From NCBI GenBank assembly GCA_964456825.1, contig CAYWCR010000005.1, positions 9,305 through 73,304 on the forward strand: a stretch of 64,000 bases of DNA, in the 5' to 3' direction. The DNA comes from an uncultured Bacteroidales bacterium. Its GTDB lineage: Bacteria; Bacteroidota; Bacteroidia; Bacteroidales; UBA10428. Made by a program: the position numbers and the translations under genes. A model generated the notes under the pieces. The model worked only from the letters and a program-made list of their open reading frames with translations, did no database searches and was not told the origin of the DNA. Below, in pieces: positions 56,562 through 64,000 of this stretch. The first letter of the stretch is position 1. Every line of letters begins with the position of its first letter.

Positions 56562-56945
56562 TCAGGACCGGATAATCGTTTCAATGGCCTGTGCAAGTTT
56601 GCCAGCTACCAAACCTTCAAGGGGATCCGGATCACTTCCTGTATACATGATACAGATAAGAAGCTGTTTCTGCTGCTTTTCCAGTTCCGCATAGAGCAAT
56701 TGCTTTTGAAGGCGATAGGCTTCCTTAAGTTTTCGTTTGATTTGATTGCGGTCAACAGCCCGTTTGAAACGCCGTGTACTAACGGTGAATAATACCTGTG
56801 CCGGATATTTAAGTGGTTCAGCGGCAGGTCGCCATAAAACTTTAAGCGGATAAAACCGGATGGATGTACCCGAATCAAACAGCATGCTGATCCGATGATT
56901 CAGGCTGAGACGTTCGTCTTTCTTAAAAGTATTTCCGGGGGCCAT
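56562..56945 (-). CDS. rnpA: Ribonuclease P protein component
   Basis: FKKDERL, FTVSTRRFKRAVDRNQIKRKLKEAYR (RNR motif). Confidence 0.93.
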   Translation of the reverse strand: MAPGNTFKKDERLSLNHRISMLFDSGTSIRFYPLKVLWRPAAEPLKYPAQVLFTVSTRRFKRAVDRNQIKRKLKEAYRLQKQLLYAELEKQQKQLLICIMYTGSDPDPLEGLVAGKLAQAIETIIRS

Positions 56946-56996
56946 CGTTCATTGCACATTACAGCTGATGATAAAACGGATATCATCCGCTACGGA

Positions 56997-58148
56997 TCAT
57001 TGCTTTTTCAGTACAATTCTTATTACAGTGCCTTTCCCTAATTCAGACTGGTGCACGAATATTTTTCCGTCGTGATATTCCTCAACAATTCTTTTAGCCA
57101 GTGAAAGCCCCAAACCCCAGCCCCTTTCCTTGGTGGTGTATCCGGGTTTAAAAATGGTTTTGAATTTGCTCTTGGAAATGCCTTTTCCGGTGTCAGAAAC
57201 ATCAACATACACTACCTGATTATGATCGGTAATGAATATATCAACTTCTCCCTTGCCATTAGTAGCATCAATAGCGTTTTTACAGATATTTTCCACCACC
57301 CATTCAAACAGGGATGCATTAAGGGGAACAAGAAGCTCTTCTGCAGTTAAATGAACATTAAACTTAATAGAACCTGAAGATCTGGTTTTCAGATAATTAA
57401 CTGCGGTGGATATAACGGAAATCAGGTTTTCCTTTTTCAATACAGGTTTTGACCCGATTTTTGAGAAGCGCTCGGTTATTTTTTCGAGTCTTTTAATATC
57501 CTTTTCCAGTTCGGTTAAAAGATCAGCTTCCCTGGTTCTGAGTTTCATCATTTCAAGCCAGGCCAGCAAGGAGGAAATAGGAGTGCCCAATTGATGTGCC
57601 GTTTCTTTGGAGAGGCCGACCCACACCTGATTTTGTTCGGCGTTGCGGGATGAACTGAATGCAAAATAGGCTATCAGAATGAAAAGCAGAATAATGCCCA
57701 ACTGCACAAATGGATAAAAAGTAAGTTTGGTCAGAATGGTTGATTTGCTGTAATACAGAAACTGTCTTTCGGTAGGAGTAAGATTTATGATAACAGGATC
57801 TCCTCCTTCTTTCATTTGTTTGAGCTTTTTCTCAACATAACGGGGATTATCCATTTTCGAAGAATCGAGATTGCGCATAAAGAGAATATTATCCAAACTA
57901 TCTACAACGATAACCGGAACTGTTTCGTTGTTCTGCATCACTTTGCCATAAAAGTCAAGATTTTTGTCGGTCAGTTCAGCATTGACAAATTTTTGCTGCG
58001 CTTCAGCCAGCAGTTCGGCCCGCTTCCGTTCTTCCACGGCAAGTTTCCTTACCAGTATGTTGGTATACCAAAGAGAACTGACCCCAATGGAAACAGCAGC
58101 AATAAAAAGCAGGAATTTCCAGCGCAATTTTCGGGTATAGATATTCAA
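56997..58148 (-). CDS. Membrane sensor histidine kinase
   Basis: Two TM segments, KETAHQLGTPISSL H-box, WVVENICKNAIDA, D.GKG, FKPGYTTK.RGWGLGL. Confidence 0.93.
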   Translation of the reverse strand: MNIYTRKLRWKFLLFIAAVSIGVSSLWYTNILVRKLAVEERKRAELLAEAQQKFVNAELTDKNLDFYGKVMQNNETVPVIVVDSLDNILFMRNLDSSKMDNPRYVEKKLKQMKEGGDPVIINLTPTERQFLYYSKSTILTKLTFYPFVQLGIILLFILIAYFAFSSSRNAEQNQVWVGLSKETAHQLGTPISSLLAWLEMMKLRTREADLLTELEKDIKRLEKITERFSKIGSKPVLKKENLISVISTAVNYLKTRSSGSIKFNVHLTAEELLVPLNASLFEWVVENICKNAIDATNGKGEVDIFITDHNQVVYVDVSDTGKGISKSKFKTIFKPGYTTKERGWGLGLSLAKRIVEEYHDGKIFVHQSELGKGTVIRIVLKKQ

Positions 58149-58174
58149 TGCTGACTAAGTTTAAGGGTGTTAAA

Positions 58175-60817
58175 TTAATGGAAAAATTCGAAATCAGAAC
58201 TATCTTCTTCTTCCCATTTTATTTGTATCTCATCGCCGGAATGATTGCTTTTTGTCTCTTTTGGAGGGGGTATCGTGGTTGGATCATCTTCCCATTCGAT
58301 GACAGGATGATTGTTTTTCTCTCCGGAGTTTTCCCGATAAGGCAAACTGCCCTTGCCAAAAATATTCTTCATATCTGTTCCCTGCTGCTGAAGATTTTCT
58401 TTAATCAGATCAAAGGCTTTCTTGCTGTCAAATTCGACCTGGAAATCATCCGGATTTCCAATGATGGAAATAGGGATTACCGTTTTATCAACCTCGTTTT
58501 CCATTACCATATATTCCTCTATTTCCTTTTTCTTCCGTTTTGCTTTTTTAAATAAAACATCCGAAAGAGCAACCCTGAGCCTGTAATCAAAATCATTGTC
58601 AAAGGAATGCGTGCCCGACAATGCAATCATGAAAGCAGATGAATTGATCAACATTTCCGGGATACGGATCTTTTGATCATAAATGTATATGGTATTTTTA
58701 AGGGTTCTGAAATGAATATGCTTAAGTTCTTCCACGCTGATATATTTTGAAAGGCTCAACATGGGTTCAAATTTAAGCAGCTCACCATTGATTATTTCAA
58801 CTTCAGCCTGAGCTGTGAGGCTGGATGGCATAAAATTAAGGCGATTATCCCAGCAGGCAGCAAAATTTACTTTTCCCCCAAGCTTCCCACTCAGGTTCTC
58901 ATCCAAAATAAAACGCTGGCTGAAATTATTGCAGGCGGTAAAAAACTGCTGAATATCAATACGGGTAAGGTCAGTAGTACAGTTGATAAGCATGCAGGAA
59001 TCCCCGGCCTGAGTAATTAAAGAATTACCTGAAATAATGCCATCTATAAATTTAAAATTGAAATTATTAATACTCATAAGCTTATGGGTATAGACCAGAT
59101 CACATTTCAGTTCCGTTGCATTGAACTTTCCGATCTGAAACTCATCAGCATTTATTTTTGCTTTGATGTCAAGATAATCCGGAAAAACGAAGCCTGATGC
59201 TTCCTGGGAAGAGCCTTGCGATTCCCGTATAAAGCTTTTGCCATCCAGAAACTTGGAGTAAATATATAAGTTAGAGCTTATAATGGTTTTTTTATCAATT
59301 AAATAATTAAAAATATTTTCAACGGACCCGGTAACGAGAAAACTGGTCTGGTTAAGGTTCAATGCTAAATCCTGGAAAGTAACATTACGGTCAATCAAAA
59401 TCTTACCATTTATGTCCTGCATCGCATAATCCAATCCCTTGATCTTGCCAGCGCAATCATCAAAATCAAAATATCCTGATTGTACCGTGGAGAGCAAACC
59501 TGAAACCGTGAGCTTTTCACTTTTTGACAGGTTTCCGGCTGCTTTAAGATGGGCCTCCACCATACCACTAAGATATTCAACAGTATCAAATTCAATAAGA
59601 TTATAAAGATTATTTAAATTAATAGTAGAATTAAGTTCTGCTGAAAAAGCAGGATGTTGAAGGTTCGTAATATAGGCCTTGCCATGAATTTTGCCAGTAC
59701 TTAAACGGGCATCCAGGTCGCTGATCTCAAACCTGAAATTGGAAGGCTTGTCTCCCGAAAATTTTCCGGTTATTCCGATGCCCGATAGTTTACTCCGCGT
59801 GTGTTTGTTGGCTATTGAGCCGTTCAACAGCATAAAATCAGCCTGGATCATGGGAAAGCCTTCAGCAAACAGGGAGCCTTTAATGCGGGAATTGATTTTA
59901 CCTTTTCCTTCCACCACGAAATCACTCAACCGGCCATTCTCATAGCTTGAAAGAATGGAAAATATTTCATCCAGGCCGAAATTGGGGGATGCCAATATCA
60001 GGTCAGCTTTCAGGGAAGAGTCCAGCAGCATATGTCCCCTGAGTTGAATAAGAAGTTTATTAAGCATTATTTCACCCTGCTGGACCGTGAGGTCATTATG
60101 CTGTGAGGATGCTTTAAAATCAAAAGAAAAGGGCAGATTTTTAACCCATACTTTACCATCCTTGCCGGCTTCCCGGAGGTACAAATCGGATTTTAACGCA
60201 TACGAACCTGCATCTTCTGAAAAAGATCCGTTAAAAGTTAACTTCCTGATGAAGGATTTTACGGCAAAAGGCTTTTTCTGATTGATATAACAAAAATCGA
60301 AGGATGAAATAATGACATTATTGAATTCAATATGATAATGGCTGTCACTTTCAGATTTTTCTTTCTCCAGGGATTTCCATATGGAATAATTATCCCTGCC
60401 GGTTTTGTCCGTGAGCAAATTTATTTTCCCGTCAACCAGATGAACCCGTTTTAACTTGTATTCATTTTTCATCAGTCCCGACAAACCGAACTGGAAATAA
60501 ATTCTGGACGCGCTCAACAAGGTATCCTTGTCCCCGATGTTGAAGTCAGCATAATCCGGACCCGCTTTAGACCTGATAACAACATGGGTAAACTCAACCG
60601 TAGCATAGGGGAATCTCCTGATCATGCTGAAGTCAATGTCTTCTACTATTATTTCTGTCAGCAGATGATCATTAAGGTTCTTTTTAAGATATTTGATAAT
60701 GGCCTTATCGTAGGAAAAGGACAAAACAATCAGCAGGGTCAGTAATAACAGCAAAATGCCTGCTATCGGGTAACCCAGCCATTTTAGCATCCTCCTTGTT
60801 TGTATGTTGATCACCAT
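58175..60817 (-). CDS. AsmA-family protein
   Basis: N-terminal TM anchor, GKINLLTDKTGRDNYSIW, C-terminal AsmA_2-like region (LSGTHSFDNDFDYRL). Confidence 0.85.
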   Translation of the reverse strand: MVINIQTRRMLKWLGYPIAGILLLLLTLLIVLSFSYDKAIIKYLKKNLNDHLLTEIIVEDIDFSMIRRFPYATVEFTHVVIRSKAGPDYADFNIGDKDTLLSASRIYFQFGLSGLMKNEYKLKRVHLVDGKINLLTDKTGRDNYSIWKSLEKEKSESDSHYHIEFNNVIISSFDFCYINQKKPFAVKSFIRKLTFNGSFSEDAGSYALKSDLYLREAGKDGKVWVKNLPFSFDFKASSQHNDLTVQQGEIMLNKLLIQLRGHMLLDSSLKADLILASPNFGLDEIFSILSSYENGRLSDFVVEGKGKINSRIKGSLFAEGFPMIQADFMLLNGSIANKHTRSKLSGIGITGKFSGDKPSNFRFEISDLDARLSTGKIHGKAYITNLQHPAFSAELNSTINLNNLYNLIEFDTVEYLSGMVEAHLKAAGNLSKSEKLTVSGLLSTVQSGYFDFDDCAGKIKGLDYAMQDINGKILIDRNVTFQDLALNLNQTSFLVTGSVENIFNYLIDKKTIISSNLYIYSKFLDGKSFIRESQGSSQEASGFVFPDYLDIKAKINADEFQIGKFNATELKCDLVYTHKLMSINNFNFKFIDGIISGNSLITQAGDSCMLINCTTDLTRIDIQQFFTACNNFSQRFILDENLSGKLGGKVNFAACWDNRLNFMPSSLTAQAEVEIINGELLKFEPMLSLSKYISVEELKHIHFRTLKNTIYIYDQKIRIPEMLINSSAFMIALSGTHSFDNDFDYRLRVALSDVLFKKAKRKKKEIEEYMVMENEVDKTVIPISIIGNPDDFQVEFDSKKAFDLIKENLQQQGTDMKNIFGKGSLPYRENSGEKNNHPVIEWEDDPTTIPPPKETKSNHSGDEIQIKWEEEDSSDFEFFH

Positions 60818-60912
60818 AACAGCATTAACATTTTTTTACGGTTCAGGCTTGTACTAAAAACTGAAAATTGCCATCGGAAATTGTCAATTTATGATTAATC
60901 AGGCCCGTGTTT

Positions 60913-63564
60913 TTAATTCAGGCTTGGTTTTGCATCAGATAAGGAGGCAGCGGAGATCTTATTTTCTTTGTTTTTCAACTGATCGTTGATTTTTGGAAGG
61001 AGTTGCTTGCTGTCAAAGGGTTTTGCCAGATAATCATCACACCCTGCCTGGGTAATACGCTCCCGGTCTCCGGCCATGGCAAATGCCGTCTGGGCGATCA
61101 CCGGCAACCGGGGATTCATTTTCTTTATAAGGCGGGTAGCCTCAAGCCCGTCCATACCCGGCATCTGAATATCCATAATTACCAGGTCCAGTTTACGGGT
61201 CTGAAGGCATATCTCAACTGCTTTTTCACCTGATTCAGCCTGGAGAACAGATACATTTGTCTTTTTCAGCACTTCGGTAAGAAAACTCATGCTGTTGATA
61301 TCATCTTCAACAATAAGGAAAGTTTTTCCTTTCCAGTTGTAATTATATTCAGAGGTTTCACCAGCATAACCAGGCAATGCATGGGAAACCTTTAGATATG
61401 GAAGCGCAAAAAAGAATGTTGTCCCGCTGCCCGGGCTGGAATTGACCCACATTTCACCCCCCAGCAATTCAACCAGGTTCTTTGAGATGGTCAGCCCCAG
61501 CCCTGTTCCGAGTATGTTCTTTTCCTCGGAATGAGGGGAGCGTTTAAACCGGTCAAAGATAATGTCCAGTTCCTCACGGGTCAGGCCAACGCCTGTATCT
61601 TTTACAAAAAACTCAAGCTTTTCCTGTGAAATAACTTTATATCCGAATTCAATGGTCCCTTTTTCGGTAAATTTGATGGCATTGCCAATAAGATTACTGA
61701 GGACCTGGCGCAATCTGAACGGATCAGTTTTTAACGTCAGGTTTTGATTTTCAGCATCCAGGTTAAGGACTATCTCCAACCGTTGTTTGCTGATCCTGTT
61801 CTTTACCTCATTGAAAGTATGGTGCAATTCATATAAAAGCCCGGTTAAATTGCATTCCTTTTTAACGATCTTCAATTCGCCGGCTTCAATTTTTGCAATA
61901 TCAATAATATCATCCACCAGATTGAGCAGTATTTCTCCACTGGACTGTATATAATGGACGAATTCCTTTTTCTGATCCTCGGGAACCTCTTCCGAAGCCA
62001 GTAGATTGGAAAATCCAATAATGGAATTCATGGGTGTTCTGATCTCATGTGACATGTTGGCCAGAAAAGAAGATTTAAGCTGGTCTGATGTCTGGGCTTT
62101 GCTGGTTTCATCTTTGAGGGCATTGATGTACCGCATCTTATCGGATATGTCGATGATAATGCCCCTTTTACCAGCGATTCTGCCCTCCTTAACAATATTA
62201 TCTGAGTACACGGAAGCTTCAAATTGCGAGTTATCTTTTCTTACTGCAATAAATGTCGCCTCTTCGAGCTTTTCATTGCCCAGGATATCATTTTTGTTTC
62301 CGGAAATCAGGGTTTCCACCAGATTGATTCCTCTTTTCAAATCAGCAACTGAATATTTGAAGGTTTTAAACCAGGCTTTATTGGCATAGGTGTAATTGCC
62401 CGCTATGTCGGTTTCAAAAATGCTCTGGGGAAGCATATCGGCCAGCTCCTGATAACGCTTTTTGCTGTCTTCCGCGTTTTTCAATACGACATCGTGCTGC
62501 TTTTCCCAGGAGCGAATCTGTGCCAGCAACTGTTGAAACTCCCTGTAAATTTCGGTTATTTCACTGGCTGAATTCTTCAGGTCGATGGCTTCATGCTGCT
62601 GCCTGAATTTATTTTTTGTCAGGGAAGAAATATAGGTTGTAAGTCGTTCAAGATCGGAAACAATATGCTTTGAGATGATAAAGCCGGCAAGAATGGAAAG
62701 AGCGATGACAACAAATAGATACGCAAAATAAACCATATTAAGCCTTTTTATCAGCGACTGCTGGATAAGGGAGGCTTTTAAAGTTAAGGTAACAAACAGG
62801 CTTTCAATTTCTTCACTTTTATCATTTAACGAAGCACTCAGGTTTGAATGGCTGGTCAGTCCTATTTTTTCATCCAGGGCAACCAGCCGTTCAAATGCAT
62901 TGCGGTAATTATCAAGCATGCCCATTAGTGTGTTTTGTTCATCAGCTGCCATCGAACCGCTGTTTTTTATGACGGCAGTAAGATCAGCAGCCATTTTTCT
63001 GAAATTTGAAAGGAACTCATTATGGTGCCAATGAAAATAATTCTTTTCGTTTTTCCGCAATTGAAAAACATAGGTCTGATAAATACCGGCAGCTTTTTCA
63101 AGCCGGTTTCCATAATCATTCATTTCGCCTTCCAATCCAAAAATATTGTACCCGCGCTTGTAGGTCAGATAAACAAGGCTGTCAAACAATACATTATAGT
63201 CATTCAATTTCAGGGTCAGCTGGTTTAAATCGGAGGTCAGGCGAAAAATCCCGCTTTTCTCACCGGTAGTTATATTTTTAAGGGTGGCCGACAGGGTTTC
63301 ATTGATTTTATAATGCTCCATTAACTGCCGGCTTTGACCGGTCATATAAAAATCAGGATTAATGGACTCAATCAGAAGGAAATCACTGATCGCCTTTGAA
63401 TCCTTCATGAAGCTGATATTCAGGCCATTGATTTGTTGAACCACAGAAGTGATTTTCCTGGTTTTGCGCTGATAGATAAAATTGGAAGGAATAACAAAAA
63501 CAAATGTCAATAAAACAAACGATAGCAGCCAAGCCAGTAACCTGTATCTTAATGATTTAATCAT
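60913..63564 (-). CDS. Hybrid sensor kinase (periplasmic helical sensor, PAS, HisKA, HATPase, REC)
   Basis: ELADMLPQSIFE (PAS), FLANMSHEIRTPMN, NLIGNAIKFT, GTGLGL, LIVEDD...MDIQMPGMDG...KP. Confidence 0.95.
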   Translation of the reverse strand: MIKSLRYRLLAWLLSFVLLTFVFVIPSNFIYQRKTRKITSVVQQINGLNISFMKDSKAISDFLLIESINPDFYMTGQSRQLMEHYKINETLSATLKNITTGEKSGIFRLTSDLNQLTLKLNDYNVLFDSLVYLTYKRGYNIFGLEGEMNDYGNRLEKAAGIYQTYVFQLRKNEKNYFHWHHNEFLSNFRKMAADLTAVIKNSGSMAADEQNTLMGMLDNYRNAFERLVALDEKIGLTSHSNLSASLNDKSEEIESLFVTLTLKASLIQQSLIKRLNMVYFAYLFVVIALSILAGFIISKHIVSDLERLTTYISSLTKNKFRQQHEAIDLKNSASEITEIYREFQQLLAQIRSWEKQHDVVLKNAEDSKKRYQELADMLPQSIFETDIAGNYTYANKAWFKTFKYSVADLKRGINLVETLISGNKNDILGNEKLEEATFIAVRKDNSQFEASVYSDNIVKEGRIAGKRGIIIDISDKMRYINALKDETSKAQTSDQLKSSFLANMSHEIRTPMNSIIGFSNLLASEEVPEDQKKEFVHYIQSSGEILLNLVDDIIDIAKIEAGELKIVKKECNLTGLLYELHHTFNEVKNRISKQRLEIVLNLDAENQNLTLKTDPFRLRQVLSNLIGNAIKFTEKGTIEFGYKVISQEKLEFFVKDTGVGLTREELDIIFDRFKRSPHSEEKNILGTGLGLTISKNLVELLGGEMWVNSSPGSGTTFFFALPYLKVSHALPGYAGETSEYNYNWKGKTFLIVEDDINSMSFLTEVLKKTNVSVLQAESGEKAVEICLQTRKLDLVIMDIQMPGMDGLEATRLIKKMNPRLPVIAQTAFAMAGDRERITQAGCDDYLAKPFDSKQLLPKINDQLKNKENKISAASLSDAKPSLN

Positions 63565-63716
63565 TATCCATTAATCTGTAACATAACCTGTCAAAATAGC
63601 TATAATTATTGAAAGAGTTTTCCGGAAGGCTAAAAAGTTATTGACATTTTTAAAATAGCAGAAAGATAATTAATATCATGTATGTTGCTCTGAAAGAATC
63701 AATTATGTAATCAGGC

Positions 63717-64000
63717 CTACAGGGTCTCTATGCTTGACTGATAAGCGGCAATATCAAATTTAAGCACTTTGCCATCCAGGATACCGGGGAGGTCCAGCAT
63801 TATTTTCAGTACTTCGTTAGCCAGCATGTTGCCGGCAAGGCTATAAAGGATCACCTCGCCGGGCAGGAAGGCAGGAAGGATGGTATCTCCCTGATTATGA
63901 GGAAAGGAAGGGAACATCTGCTGCAAAGAATGACCATCCCTGAAATGGAACACGGAAACCATGATGAATCCATCGTGCAACGTACCGAAAACAACAGGTA
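63717..64000 (-). CDS. ThiF/MoeB-family protein, C-terminal part (5'-partial)
   Basis: The frame is open to the window edge: PVVFGTLHDGFIMVSVFHF.DG...MFP...GNMLANEVLKIML...LDGKVLKFD resembles the MoeB C-terminus (P.V.G......VSVF ... G..QA.E..K.....L.G.LL.FD). Confidence 0.55.
   Translation of the reverse strand, partial: PVVFGTLHDGFIMVSVFHFRDGHSLQQMFPSFPHNQGDTILPAFLPGEVILYSLAGNMLANEVLKIMLDLPGILDGKVLKFDIAAYQSSIETL

Noticed and set aside
56436-56997. rnpA without rpmH/yidD, and overlapping small ORFs
   Set aside because: rnpA context is variable in Bacteroidota, the 110-nt gap cannot hold yidD, and the overlapping ORFs are shadows.
1-64000. CRISPR arrays, IS elements, prophage, rRNA, known riboswitches
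   Set aside because: I recognised no regularly spaced repeats, transposase/integrase motifs or riboswitch consensus by eye; an Infernal/Rfam scan would be needed to exclude small RNAs.

Overview
A 64-kb housekeeping-rich chromosomal window from a Bacteroidota (probably Bacteroidales) bacterium. The assignment rests on TAnnTTTG sigma-70 promoters, T9SS components (PorZ, a PorM/GldM-like domain), the ftsX-DUF3098-uppP-truB-queA block and DUF2723. The left third is a nitrogen/arginine cluster: carB divergent from argR-argG-argH-proB*-proB-proA-citrate synthase, with tandem ARG boxes, followed by gltB-gltD-EamA. Next come an ECF sigma/FecR/STN cassette, GH3, nucleoside kinases, tRNA-Asn(GTT), SiaC, a TlpA-carA-B3/4 operon, and envelope and translation genes (pbpC, alpha-2-macroglobulin, AsmA, two sensor kinases, rnpA). 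I saw no mobile element or CRISPR array. Three candidate undescribed systems stand out. (1) A complete leader-peptide attenuator (promoter, MIFKDFNNKDIAFQQG*, antiterminator, terminator) upstream of gltBD that could sense Gln/Asn. (2) An intact ORF encoding a degenerate glutamate-5-kinase paralogue next to intact proB, inside an ArgR operon that lacks the acetyl-ornithine genes. (3) An ECF/FecR/STN signalling cassette with no TonB-dependent barrel, followed by a secreted protein carrying only the distal PorM/GldM domains. All protein assignments come from hand motif recognition, not database searches.
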